A program made the position numbers and the translations under genes. Positions 1-9,646 of a stretch of 55,633 bases of DNA are shown here, in pieces. Every line of letters begins with the position of its first letter. Position 1 is the first letter of the stretch. The notes below the pieces were generated by a model. That model saw only the letters and a list, made by a program, of their open reading frames with translations. It was not told the DNA's origin and searched no databases. This stretch comes from a virus. Its lineage: Duplodnaviria; Caudoviricetes. Location: positions 1 to 55,633 of IMG/VR virus record IMGVR_UViG_3300023109_000031. One strand, given 5' to 3'.

Positions 1-958
1 GGAATGTTGTGGCATGCATAGATGTCGCATTCACTCGTTGAGTATATGCAGTGTTTGTCGTAATAGTATCTGTTGCTGTAATAGAATGTCCTGTGTACAT
101 ATTATAGTTGTACATCACGATGTTCTCGCCACCGATAGTTCCGGTATCACCAAAGACCGATAAGCTAGTTGCTGCAATATTAATATCAGGAGAAGACGTG
201 CTTGCTCGAGTTTCGGAAGACATCTTAAGATCGCCACTGCTCGAATACGTTTGATTGCCGTCGACCGTAAGACCCCAGTTTCCCTTTACAATTTCATTTC
301 TCCCATTTAATGTGGTATTTGTCATAACACCTTTTGTTGTTTGAGAGGCATTGCCAATAACATTTAAGTTATTGTTTCCATATACTTTTTTCCTACGATT
401 ACCTGTCACTGTTTCAATAATATCACCAGCAACTTCTACATTCATGTCACCATGTACTTTAAGAGTATAGTCACCAGATACATCTAGATTTAGATTACCG
501 TTATGCTGAATATCAGCATCTCCTTCGACAAGTAATTTGGAATCACCTTGAACGATAGTCACGTGATTATTTCGAGTAGCAACAAGAATAGTTCCATCGG
601 CTCTCATTTCTACTCCGGCACCAGATCTATGTCGAATGAGTATACGTTCACCCGCAGGTGTATCGTCAATTTCTATTACATGACCAGCCTTACTTTCATC
701 TACCTGATTTAATGGGTATTGAGAGTTAGGCATTCTCTTTAAGCCAAGGTTCATCTTTTGATTTGAACCACCGACATAAAGCTCATTACGCCGAACACCT
801 CTGGCCGCTTCGTTAATACCCGGTCCAAAGAAATATCTCGATCGAGGATATGTACCAGTTACATCGTGAAATCCTGCACGAAATATTCCGACACTATTTT
901 CTTTTGCAGTACCAAGGGTAGCTTCCCTTTGTTGGAGTTCGTCGTTTTCAGTACTCAT
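1..958 (-). CDS. gp5: Baseplate hub/spike protein, gp5 C-terminal part (partial, runs off window)
   Basis: Not in ORF track; manual translation from ATG 958: MSTENDELQQ...SQYPLNQVDESKAGHVIEIDDTPAGERILIRHRSGAGVEMRADGT, the T4 gp5 YP..GH..E.DDTP.GER segment, followed by V.G[DN]-type beta-helix repeats. Confidence 0.85.
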   Translation of the reverse strand, partial: MSTENDELQQREATLGTAKENSVGIFRAGFHDVTGTYPRSRYFFGPGINEAARGVRRNELYVGGSNQKMNLGLKRMPNSQYPLNQVDESKAGHVIEIDDTPAGERILIRHRSGAGVEMRADGTILVATRNNHVTIVQGDSKLLVEGDADIQHNGNLNLDVSGDYTLKVHGDMNVEVAGDIIETVTGNRRKKVYGNNNLNVIGNASQTTKGVMTNTTLNGRNEIVKGNWGLTVDGNQTYSSSGDLKMSSETRASTSSPDINIAATSLSVFGDTGTIGGENIVMYNYNMYTGHSITATDTITTNTAYTQRVNATSMHATTF

Positions 959-1575
959 GTTCTTACCCTTACCTGTGGTTGCCAGTGCGGCGGAGTATTC
1001 ACAAGCTCTACTCTACTCTTCGCCTTCTCTGAACCCAGAGTTGTATTTTGTTTTCCGAACTTATTAAAAACATAGTCTTCTACATCGAAGCCCGGATCTG
1101 TCTTTCCTTTATCGTCTGTATCTGCATGGCCAAAAGCTTGACCTCCCGGATAGACTTTATAGAAAGCTCTCATAAAATTATCAAATGATTTGAATTGATT
1201 CTCATTAATACTACCAGATCCTACCTTCTGATCTCGGTCTGGATCTCCTGACATACAATTATATCCTGCGACAAATGAGATACCTATCGAGAAATTGTTA
1301 TGGCCATTGGCCAGCGCATGTGCTCCAGCTCTTTCGAGTGGTCTACCTCGCTGCAGGCGGCCGTCCTTCCGAATGAGGTAATGGTAACCACATCCACTGA
1401 ACCCTCGCTGAGTATGCCAGCCGTGTACTTCTTCAGCACCAATATCCTGATTCAAAAAGGTACCGGTCCAGTGTACGACTATCTCGGTAATCTCACGGTT
1501 AGTTGCTCGAAGTTCTGCTTCAAGTTCTTCTTCGCTATTCACATAGCTGAATTCATATTTTTGTTTAGTTGCCAT
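955..1575 (-). CDS. N-acetylmuramoyl-L-alanine amidase (Amidase_2/PGRP, T7 lysozyme-like)
   Basis: IVVHWT, GYHYLI, GRPL..GAHA, SIGISF, GH.D..KTDPGFDV Zn-amidase motifs. Confidence 0.9.
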   Translation of the reverse strand: MATKQKYEFSYVNSEEELEAELRATNREITEIVVHWTGTFLNQDIGAEEVHGWHTQRGFSGCGYHYLIRKDGRLQRGRPLERAGAHALANGHNNFSIGISFVAGYNCMSGDPDRDQKVGSGSINENQFKSFDNFMRAFYKVYPGGQAFGHADTDDKGKTDPGFDVEDYVFNKFGKQNTTLGSEKAKSRVELVNTPPHWQPQVRVRT

Positions 1576-2181
1576 TTATCTAACTCTTTTAACTCCGCCG
1601 TCTTTTTTAGCTAACCATGCTTCAAACTTTACGTCTGGATATTCTTTTTGTAATGATAAAAATGCAGAGAGATTACTCTTTGCATCATCGAATAATCTTA
1701 TACGTTTATAAATTTTTTGATCTAGATATTTTCTAAAAATAACTATTTTATTATCAGCCGCTGACCCGGGTCCTAAGTTTCCAGATCTTTCAACATATAT
1801 CTTATCTATGTCAATTCCCTGTTGTCTGAATGTATCTAAGAATAGTTTCTTATTATCGAAGTTTGGTCTTGCTGTGACTATGATTACCTTACTACCAGCT
1901 TTTGTGGCGTTCTTAAGAATCGCTTTTACTTTATCAATCATTCTCGCAATCGGTGTAGAAGTTTTATTAAATATTTCTGCGTTAGTAAACTCACCAAAAT
2001 CAAACTCTTCTCCAGCTTTTTTCTTATAGACATTAAACTCTTGATTATTTAATTTTTTAATTGTTTTACCGTCTTTCACTACACCGACTTTAGCTTTAGT
2101 TATAAACATAGTTTCGTCAACGTCAAACATTGTCAAACCTTTGCCCGATGCTTCTACAAGAAATTCAGAAAATTTTATCAT
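1576..2181 (-). CDS. HAD-superfamily phosphatase (PNK-phosphatase/RNA-repair type) with capsid-targeting-like N-terminus
   Basis: FDVDET (DxDxT motif I), IVTAR (motif II), K, LFDD (motif IV); N-terminus MIKFSEFLVEA. Confidence 0.75.
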   Translation of the reverse strand: MIKFSEFLVEASGKGLTMFDVDETMFITKAKVGVVKDGKTIKKLNNQEFNVYKKKAGEEFDFGEFTNAEIFNKTSTPIARMIDKVKAILKNATKAGSKVIIVTARPNFDNKKLFLDTFRQQGIDIDKIYVERSGNLGPGSAADNKIVIFRKYLDQKIYKRIRLFDDAKSNLSAFLSLQKEYPDVKFEAWLAKKDGGVKRVR

Positions 2182-3122
2182 TGTCCTATATCCTGTCGCC
2201 CTTGAATATTTGTTTTCTCACCTTCCCACAATTGAGTCTGTGCATTGACCTGATTTACGATCGCAGAAGTTTCACCGAGTTCAGCAGTGAAGGAACTTTT
2301 TTGTAGGTTACCAGCAACCGAAGTATCGATCGCACGCACACGCCCTTCGATTTCCTCGAGCGGGAGACCCGATTTTTTAGCAACATCTGATATCGTGTCA
2401 GCGATACTATTCGGATCAAGAGAGGAGAGAGCTGTCAGCGCGCCCTTAATATCCAGATCATTAAAGGCTCCGCCCGTCATAGCGGATAACTCATTGATAG
2501 CGGTCTTGTCTACTTTCAGCGTAATGTTCTCCATAGTCACCGGAGTCAGGTCGCCCTGTTGAGCTTTAATCTTCCGCTTGACTTCGGCGAATGCTTCGTC
2601 AAGCTTCTCGCCCATCTTCTCGGCAGTATCGATTCCCGCACGGATAGCGGCCTTCGCCTCAGCCTGTAGATCGGGTGGGAGAATTTTTGTGAGAGCATCT
2701 GTTAATTCGGCAGGATCTTTTCCGCTGGCTTCCTGTAGACTGGCTTTCAGTGCACGTGGAGAACTCGCTCCGGCGAACTCTTTCAGGAATCCGTTACTCA
2801 CAGCAGATCCACTTCCTACGATTGCATCTAGACTTGTTTTATCAGAAGTCTCGACAGTCTCGGTCAGAGGTATTCCATCTATCTCTGATGTCAGAAAACA
2901 GATAGCATCTCCGGGAGCGATACCATCAGAGTCGGGATGATCTCGAGATACAGATACGGAACGGAACCCATTGCTGGTGGAAATCCCTAGCCCCACATCT
3001 GATGTGTTTAATGCCTTAAACCTTTGTTCTGCTTCTCTACTCGCAGTAGTCAATGATTCAAGGTCAGAGCTCTGTCTGATATTATCTAATTCATCTCTTA
3101 TTTGTTGTATTGTAATACTCAT
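2178..3122 (-). CDS. Hypothetical baseplate-region protein, largely helical
   Basis: 314-aa ORF with ATGA overlaps at both ends inside the gp5 region; no motif recognised. Confidence 0.6.
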   Translation of the reverse strand: MSITIQQIRDELDNIRQSSDLESLTTASREAEQRFKALNTSDVGLGISTSNGFRSVSVSRDHPDSDGIAPGDAICFLTSEIDGIPLTETVETSDKTSLDAIVGSGSAVSNGFLKEFAGASSPRALKASLQEASGKDPAELTDALTKILPPDLQAEAKAAIRAGIDTAEKMGEKLDEAFAEVKRKIKAQQGDLTPVTMENITLKVDKTAINELSAMTGGAFNDLDIKGALTALSSLDPNSIADTISDVAKKSGLPLEEIEGRVRAIDTSVAGNLQKSSFTAELGETSAIVNQVNAQTQLWEGEKTNIQGRQDIGQ

Positions 3123-3943
3123 GTAGCAAACCTTTCGAATACCTCTGATGCCAACGCCTCACGCTGGCTCGTACGAAGACCGAACTTTTTTAGATATTTA
3201 CTCTGAAAAACTTGAGTAGATTCTTTAATAGTCTGCGCACCGTATAGGAGACCCAAACCGAACACGGGATATGTTCTTAACTCATATACTATAAACTGTA
3301 GTTGTGTGTTTAATGCCTCATAGTCTAGACCGCGCTGACCTGAGAAGAACTTCAGATTAGCAAAACGGTTTCCGGCTGTTTCTGTGGTACCCCACCTAGC
3401 CACCCCATATTCTCCACCGACTAAAATACTTGGGTTTAATGCAGCTCCAGACTCTGCTGCTAGATTACCTATTATACCACATGTTTGTTCGGGAGTAAAC
3501 CCTATAGCATTAAAAAAGTTAAAGGCTTTCTCTGCTGGAGTAGCGCCGAAGAGAGAGGCTTGTGTTGTCTTTTCTGCTAGATTAATATCCGACCTACCCG
3601 TTAATACAGCGAGTTGTTGTGGTGATGGATCTTCTATACTATGGAACGATCCCAATACAAATGGTTGCTGGCTTTGCTTTCCGTCAAGAAAAAAACCTAC
3701 GACCTTAGCACCTAATTGTAATTGGGGCATCTTCCCTATACCTGATACACCACCCTCTGTAGAAGGCGTCAATACATTGGCCCAAGGTAGCTTGAGTGAC
3801 GGTATATCCTCCATTCGAGGGCTGTGGACACCGATGATTCTGACCTGTACTCTACCCAGCTGGAGTGGATCAGCCGTACTCGAGACGGTCCCTATGAACC
3901 ACCTATGGTCGTCCCCATAGTAATTGTTCTCTATAGTCCTCAT
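3119..3943 (-). CDS. gp5: gp5 N-terminal OB domain fused to phage tail lysozyme (Phage_lysozyme2-like)
   Basis: WFIGTV..DPLQLGRVQVRIIGVH...LPWA...VVGFFLDG..QQPFVLGS (gp5 OB); GIIGNLAAESG...GVARW...TQLQFIVYEL (tail lysozyme). Confidence 0.85.
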   Translation of the reverse strand: MRTIENNYYGDDHRWFIGTVSSTADPLQLGRVQVRIIGVHSPRMEDIPSLKLPWANVLTPSTEGGVSGIGKMPQLQLGAKVVGFFLDGKQSQQPFVLGSFHSIEDPSPQQLAVLTGRSDINLAEKTTQASLFGATPAEKAFNFFNAIGFTPEQTCGIIGNLAAESGAALNPSILVGGEYGVARWGTTETAGNRFANLKFFSGQRGLDYEALNTQLQFIVYELRTYPVFGLGLLYGAQTIKESTQVFQSKYLKKFGLRTSQREALASEVFERFAT

Positions 3944-5298
3944 GTTGTACCCTTACGATTAGCTAATTTGACTAGATTGGATATAGTCTCGTATCTAACC
4001 TGTTGATTTGTATTACGAATTAGGTGTCTTGTACTATGGATAAGGTACTTCCCTGATCGTTTAGCATCTGGTGTATTGTCCGCTGCGGTTCTACTGTCCG
4101 CCTTCGGAGCATTATCCATAAACTCTACATCAATAGACTGGCCGATAGACTGATACCCCTGTTGATTAGGAAAGAAGTTCCGCCCTGGAAGCATCACCGA
4201 GATCTCTGACTTCCTTAGAAACTGTCCCATACTATAGGAAATTGCTTTGGTCGAATGGTCAGCAGCATTAAGATCTTCGTGGTAGGAAGGTACATCGCTG
4301 TAGACGGCACTTGCTGAAATTTGAGTGACTTGCGTAGTACCGTATTCGTGCATCTTACCTCGGTGTATCTCGAAAAACCTATCATAGTTAGGAGTAGTTG
4401 TACCTGCAATGATGTTAGCCTGCGATGCTAGTTTATCGAATATTTGATCTACTCGATAGTCTATACCATTCACAGTAAAGTTATTAGTATCTACGAACTG
4501 ATACTTACCCGATATGCCACCATTATTAGCAATAGAAAGAGTATCTTCTGTATTTTTTTGTTGAAAAGAAGAGATATTGTAGGCTTGTTCGAGAAAGCTT
4601 TTGTTAGTATCGTTTGCAGATGCTTGATTGTACTTATATGTGTTGAAAGAAGACGATGGTGATTGAAGCATGTCCTGTAGACTATACATTCGAATGTTTC
4701 GATCGAATAGTGTACTGAAGGCGTAGAATGGTAGGCCGAGCTGACTTGTCGCTCTATCTGCGAGCCAGTGTATTGCTGTATAGGGTCTCCAATTCGGGAT
4801 GATGACTCTCATTGCTGATTGTCTTGTGTCTGACGAAAGGATAACTTTCCGTGGTGTATCGAACTGATCTGATAGAATCTTACTGATTATTTCTTGTATT
4901 GTACCGTCATAGCACTTATTTACGTTCGAAAGTACATCGACGAAGGCATCTTTGTCCACAAATGCGAGTCGTATGACCTCTGTCTGGTCATTTCCCTTGT
5001 TAGTTTCCTCTATTTTAGTCAATACAAAGGTTCTTTCGAAGGCTTTGAACGGCGAATTCGGACATACTAACTCGAGTTCGAGCTCCTCAGAGCCCTGAAA
5101 ATCTACTTGGCTGTATAGATTACCATCATCGAGTAGCGTGATTTCACCTGACAGTGATAACTTTTCGATTGATTCGAAGATCGAGATCTCAATAACAGAT
5201 GCTCGAATGTCGTGAATATAGAGACCCGAACGATTAGTACGAAGCACTGCTCGCTTGATCTGTATATCATATGGAGATACGGTACGTGTATCACTCAT
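3940..5298 (-). CDS. Baseplate hub protein (gp27-like)
   Basis: Position between gp53 and gp5; EISIFESI..LSGEITLLD N-terminus and SGKYLIHSTRHLI C-terminus typical of hub proteins. Confidence 0.65.
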   Translation of the reverse strand: MSDTRTVSPYDIQIKRAVLRTNRSGLYIHDIRASVIEISIFESIEKLSLSGEITLLDDGNLYSQVDFQGSEELELELVCPNSPFKAFERTFVLTKIEETNKGNDQTEVIRLAFVDKDAFVDVLSNVNKCYDGTIQEIISKILSDQFDTPRKVILSSDTRQSAMRVIIPNWRPYTAIHWLADRATSQLGLPFYAFSTLFDRNIRMYSLQDMLQSPSSSFNTYKYNQASANDTNKSFLEQAYNISSFQQKNTEDTLSIANNGGISGKYQFVDTNNFTVNGIDYRVDQIFDKLASQANIIAGTTTPNYDRFFEIHRGKMHEYGTTQVTQISASAVYSDVPSYHEDLNAADHSTKAISYSMGQFLRKSEISVMLPGRNFFPNQQGYQSIGQSIDVEFMDNAPKADSRTAADNTPDAKRSGKYLIHSTRHLIRNTNQQVRYETISNLVKLANRKGTT

Positions 5299-6023
5299 GA
5301 TTGCATAGCTTCCTGAAAGGCACGATAGACAGCTATGATGCTATCTGGTTTGATTATTTTGATTGCTCGTAAATCGTCGTTGACACGCTTGTATTCTTCG
5401 AAATATGTTACAGGTAACAGCTGTGCACCGGGAGCCTGTGCAGGATCTACATCGACATACTCCTGATCTGCATTCTCGTAGTGGTGTATTGAATTCCATT
5501 CTTCGATTGCACCGACTAGTGTTGCAATATCGAATCCTGTACCGTTGTCTGACCTGATGATCTCGTCATTCCTGAATTTTGCGGAATTTGTACGCTCTAC
5601 AATGATCTGTCCTAGGTCGAGTCTCCGTCGTATGATCTTTCCTATAGCACCAGTAGACTGACCTTCGACAATCTGACCGGGCTCGAATACCTGTGATAGC
5701 TGATCACGAGTTGTCAATGTGAAAAGGTTACGATCGGCCTTTGATTTCTTCTCTATCTCTCGTTGAGATAGTGGCCAACCCTGCTCTCGAATGTTATCGT
5801 TCATCATAAAGAATGTGAAATAGTAGTCAGCAGTTCCGTACAAAATCTTCGATACTTGATCTGGCCGATCACCGTCCTGTATATTATACTTGGTGTAGAA
5901 CGATACGTTATCCCGTACATCGTCGATTACTGATACATATGCACCAAGATTCTGTACAATAGTCGGTTCTTTCTGAGTCCCGAAGCGATAAAAGGTCTGT
6001 GGAAAATTATAAAAATACGACAT
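5295..6023 (-). CDS. gp53: Baseplate wedge subunit gp53
   Basis: MSYFYNFP start; YNIQDGDRPDQVSKILYG LysM-like segment; WPLS; IKIIKP. Confidence 0.85.
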   Translation of the reverse strand: MSYFYNFPQTFYRFGTQKEPTIVQNLGAYVSVIDDVRDNVSFYTKYNIQDGDRPDQVSKILYGTADYYFTFFMMNDNIREQGWPLSQREIEKKSKADRNLFTLTTRDQLSQVFEPGQIVEGQSTGAIGKIIRRRLDLGQIIVERTNSAKFRNDEIIRSDNGTGFDIATLVGAIEEWNSIHHYENADQEYVDVDPAQAPGAQLLPVTYFEEYKRVNDDLRAIKIIKPDSIIAVYRAFQEAMQS

Positions 6024-7159
6024 TAGTACCCCTTCGCAATCATTGCTTTATCAAGTGTTCTGATCTCTGTAAACGACATTTGTATATCTGTTTGTTGGAA
6101 TTGTCCATCTCTCATCAGTGTCATACCATTAGGATTATATGTAGTAGCAAAGGATGTAAGATAGCAGTCTTGTATACGAGTGGCGAGATGAGACTTTGGA
6201 TTCTTACGATCTCTTATCTTAATCTCGAATATGTTAGGAAAACGATAGCCAATAGGAATACCCGATGCTACTTCTTTGATAGCTTCTGGATACATTTCAT
6301 GTCTAAAAAACTTAATAATACGATTGATTTCGTCAGCCTCTCTATCAGATGTCGGTATCATACTAAAGGAAAAGCTGAATGTCCTCATCTGTACAGACTT
6401 GAATAGTGTCCTTGAATTAGGATTAGTAGTAGTTTTAAGTGCTGACTTGATAGCTCCACCTGCCGTATCACTAAGGCCCGATGCCAGTCTTACCGCAGCA
6501 AGTTCTGCTGTTTGCTGATTAGCATTGCCACCGAACATGTCAGTGAGAGATGATATACCAGAGCCTAAGCCTTCCATTAGCGCTTGTCCTGCACTTGCAC
6601 CGCTTTTCAATGCTGCTTCACCTACTGCACCCATAACACCGAGATCAACATTTTCAAAATCTAATCCATCAGATATGTTCAATCCGGCTGGTAGAAATAA
6701 GTCACACGATGTTCCGAAGTCAAATGATTGACTATTAGATGGAGCTGTTCTTGCAAAGGTATCACTTTGTTGTGCCTGACCTGCTCCTACTACTGGATCA
6801 CCTGTTGCTGTAACTGGCTCTCCTTGCTTACCTTCATTAACTTCTTTCGATTCTTTTTCTAATCGGGCAAGGCCTGCAATAGTAGCTCTTTTAGCTTCTT
6901 CACTGATCTCTGCAGGTTGCTGCGCTTTTACTGTAAAGCGAATAAAGGCGTCATAGTCATCCTGATTGTCAAGTGGAAACCGCAGCTTTTGTTTATTTTG
7001 GATATATGTTTCACTCGCCTGTGGCCCAAGGCCTGTACCAAGAATGCCTTCAATATAGCCTTTAGCATCACCGATTGCATTGTTGATTTCTCGCGAGACT
7101 CCGCCTTTTAAGCGCTGGTCTAAATTCTTTAAGTTTATGTCTGCCATTACGTTGTCCAA
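6023..7159 (-). CDS. gp48: Baseplate tail-tube cap gp48
   Basis: NPNSRTLFKSVQMRTFSFSFSMIPTSDREA, YRFPNIFEI, CYLTSFATTYNP, MSFTEI. Confidence 0.85.
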   Translation of the reverse strand: MDNVMADINLKNLDQRLKGGVSREINNAIGDAKGYIEGILGTGLGPQASETYIQNKQKLRFPLDNQDDYDAFIRFTVKAQQPAEISEEAKRATIAGLARLEKESKEVNEGKQGEPVTATGDPVVGAGQAQQSDTFARTAPSNSQSFDFGTSCDLFLPAGLNISDGLDFENVDLGVMGAVGEAALKSGASAGQALMEGLGSGISSLTDMFGGNANQQTAELAAVRLASGLSDTAGGAIKSALKTTTNPNSRTLFKSVQMRTFSFSFSMIPTSDREADEINRIIKFFRHEMYPEAIKEVASGIPIGYRFPNIFEIKIRDRKNPKSHLATRIQDCYLTSFATTYNPNGMTLMRDGQFQQTDIQMSFTEIRTLDKAMIAKGY

Positions 7160-7183
7160 TAAATAGCTTAAATTTCTTTTTGT

Positions 7184-7191
7184 TATTTATA
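7184..7191 (-). promoter_or_regulatory. T4 late promoter (gp55) for the gp48-gp5 operon
   Basis: TATAAATA; same box at 7679(+), 15880(-), 40076(-), 43260(-), 46020(-), 54810(+). Confidence 0.8.
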
Positions 7192-7200
7192 TGGTTTGAT

Positions 7201-7683
7201 GTGGCATATTCAGGTAAGTACGTAATTCAAAACAAATCTAAGTACAAAGGTGACCCTAATAAGGTGATCTATAGGTCGTTATGGGAAAAACATGCCTTTC
7301 AATGGTGTGATACTCACTCTGGTGTGCATTCGTGGTCTAGTGAAGAGGTGGTTATACCTTACTATTACGAGATTGATAAGAAATACCATCGATACTTTAT
7401 GGACCTTAAAATTACCATGAAAAATGGTAAAACTATCCTTGCAGAGATTAAACCTAAGAAACAGACCGAACCTCCAAGAGGTAAGAGGAAAACGAAGGGC
7501 TATATCAACGAGGCAATGACATATGTAAAGAATATGAATAAGTGGGAGGCTGCTGATTCCTATGCAAAGGATAGAGGCTGGTCTTTTCAGATCTGGACAG
7601 AAGATACATTACACGAAATGGGTATTATGAAAAAGAGAAAGCCTCTTGGCAAGAAACGCATAAAACCGCTAAAAAGGTTATAA
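7201..7683 (+). CDS. gp4: Head completion nuclease gp4
   Basis: Likely GTG start 7201 (MAYSGKY); KYKGDP..YRSLWE, WSSEEVVIPY, HRYFMD, EIKPKKQT, KWEAA. Confidence 0.92.
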   Translation: MAYSGKYVIQNKSKYKGDPNKVIYRSLWEKHAFQWCDTHSGVHSWSSEEVVIPYYYEIDKKYHRYFMDLKITMKNGKTILAEIKPKKQTEPPRGKRKTKGYINEAMTYVKNMNKWEAADSYAKDRGWSFQIWTEDTLHEMGIMKKRKPLGKKRIKPLKRL

Positions 7684-7686
7684 ATA
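7679..7686 (+). promoter_or_regulatory. T4 late promoter for gp2 to tape measure
   Basis: TATAAATA 5 nt before the gp2 ATG. Confidence 0.8.
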
Positions 7687-7691
7687 GCATT

Positions 7692-8276
7692 ATGTCAAAT
7701 CTATTTCAAAAATTAGGCTATGAAGCATTCAGAGCTGGTGTTACTCCAAGGACCAAAGAGTCTATGACTTGGTTCAGGCAAAAGTCACGTTCTATTAGAC
7801 GTGTCAACCGGCGAGAAATTATGAAAGAAGAGCCTATTCAATTGCGGAATACTTTCCGCCCAGGTAATATGTTTATGTTCTTTTACGATCCAAAGACAAA
7901 AGAGACATTGCCATATTACGATAAGTTCCCTTTGGTTATTGTTGTCGGCAAAGCACCGGGTGGATTCTATGGATTGAATCTACACTATATCACACCATTG
8001 TTGAGAGTAAAGCTATTAGACGCTTTGATGGATAATACAAGTGATAAAAGATATGACGAAAATACTCGCTTTAAGCTTAACTATGCTATGCTAAATCGTA
8101 CATCAAAGCTGAGATTCTATAAGCCTTGTTTCAAGCACTATCTCCTCGACCATGTACAATCTAGACTAGCACATGTACCAGCACCTGAATGGGAAATAGC
8201 AACGTTCTTACCGATGGCAAATTGGGTCGGTGCTCAAGGTGCAGCAGTTTACAAATTTTCTAAGGAAATGATCTAA
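7692..8276 (+). CDS. gp2: DNA end protector gp2
   Basis: MFFYDPKTKETLPYYDKFPL, GLNLHY, CFKHYL. Confidence 0.92.
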   Translation: MSNLFQKLGYEAFRAGVTPRTKESMTWFRQKSRSIRRVNRREIMKEEPIQLRNTFRPGNMFMFFYDPKTKETLPYYDKFPLVIVVGKAPGGFYGLNLHYITPLLRVKLLDALMDNTSDKRYDENTRFKLNYAMLNRTSKLRFYKPCFKHYLLDHVQSRLAHVPAPEWEIATFLPMANWVGAQGAAVYKFSKEMI

Positions 8277-8891
8277 ATGGCACTCAGTGTAGATACTTTT
8301 AAGTCAAACATTCGCCAGGGTATGGCGATGACAAATCTCTATAGGGTTATACTCCCTTCGCTCCCTGGCGCCAACTCTACACAGATAAATGCTTTGTGTA
8401 AGGCTGTTAGCATGCCGGGTAGACAAATACTTACAACTGATAGGCCTATGGGTATGAAGATGCAAAAGGTTGCATATGGCCATGCTGCAGAAGATGTTAA
8501 CTTAACATTCCACCTATTACAGGATTATGGAGTAAAGACATACTTCGATACGTGGCAAAAGCTGGCTATTAATCAAGAAGAACAGCGAGCAAACTATAAA
8601 AAAGAATATGCATACGATGTTATCGTACAGCAATTACGTAAGGATGCTATCATTGACTTGGGATTCAATGTTAACTTAGGCATTCTCGGCAGCTTTGGTG
8701 CAGATATTATTACACCCGACCAAGTAGCCTTTACGTGTATCCTTGAGGATGCATTCCCAACAACAGTAAATTCAATTGAATTTAGTAATGAAACTGATCA
8801 AATGGGTGAACTATCAGTTCAGCTATCTTATACAAACTGGAGAGAAAAAGAAGGCGGCCCGCTTTCTAAACTCCTTAACTTCCTGAGGTAA
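8277..8891 (+). CDS. gp54: Baseplate tail-tube initiator gp54 (tail-tube fold)
   Basis: LCKAVSMPGR, YFDTWQ, LEDAFPTTVNSIEFS, LSVQLSYTNW; synteny after gp2. Confidence 0.8.
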   Translation: MALSVDTFKSNIRQGMAMTNLYRVILPSLPGANSTQINALCKAVSMPGRQILTTDRPMGMKMQKVAYGHAAEDVNLTFHLLQDYGVKTYFDTWQKLAINQEEQRANYKKEYAYDVIVQQLRKDAIIDLGFNVNLGILGSFGADIITPDQVAFTCILEDAFPTTVNSIEFSNETDQMGELSVQLSYTNWREKEGGPLSKLLNFLR

Positions 8892-8894
8892 ATA

Positions 8895-9617
8895 ATGGCA
8901 CTACCAAAAATTAATATGGCACCTAAGTATACCATGACGATTCCATCTACGGGTGAAGACGTCATGTTCCGTCCTTTTCTTGTAAGAGAAGAGAAGGTGC
9001 TAATGATGGCTATGGAGACTGGCGATAGTAAGTCTTCTTTAACTGCTATCATTGACGTAATCAAAACATGTGTTGATTCTGACACAATTAACGAGAATAA
9101 TCTTACTGCATACGATGTAGAGTTTATGTTCCTACAACTACGCTCTAAAAGTGTCGGTGAGACAAGTAAAATTGGCCACAAGTGTGAGGCCTGTGAACAC
9201 GAGAATATTATTATAGTACCGCTAGGCGAAGTCAAAGTAATGCAAACTATCCCAGATATGTCTGATATTATTGAGCTTACACCGGAAATTTCTCTTAAAA
9301 TGAAATGGCCTACATACGGCGAACTAATGAATGCTGGTGTTGAACCAGAAAATATGAATAATTTAGACTCAGTGTTTAAGCTTCTTACTCGTTGTATCGA
9401 TAGCGTTATGACAAACGACGAATCAATGAAGCTTTCTGACGAATCTGAAGAAGAACAACAGAGTTTCTTAGAAAGTCTGAACGGTGATCAATTCACTAAA
9501 GTAAAAGAATACGTGCAAAACATTCCATCAGTTAAATATAAAGTAGATATTACCTGTGAAGGATGTGGCGCTGACATTAAATCAGAGATAACGGGAATTG
9601 CAAATTTTTTCTCATAG
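8895..9617 (+). CDS. gp26: Baseplate hub assembly protein gp26
   Basis: MALPKIN.PKY..IPSTG..FRPFLVREEK, DVEFMFLQLRSKSVGE, two CxxC, ends G..NFF. Confidence 0.9.
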   Translation: MALPKINMAPKYTMTIPSTGEDVMFRPFLVREEKVLMMAMETGDSKSSLTAIIDVIKTCVDSDTINENNLTAYDVEFMFLQLRSKSVGETSKIGHKCEACEHENIIIVPLGEVKVMQTIPDMSDIIELTPEISLKMKWPTYGELMNAGVEPENMNNLDSVFKLLTRCIDSVMTNDESMKLSDESEEEQQSFLESLNGDQFTKVKEYVQNIPSVKYKVDITCEGCGADIKSEITGIANFFS

Positions 9618-9646
9618 GCCTTTCTCATGATACACTAGGGAACCAT

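Noticed and set aside
1576-2181. HAD gene as an intron-encoded ORF
   Set aside because: No non-coding flanks to form an intron core; neighbours have their own start and stop codons.
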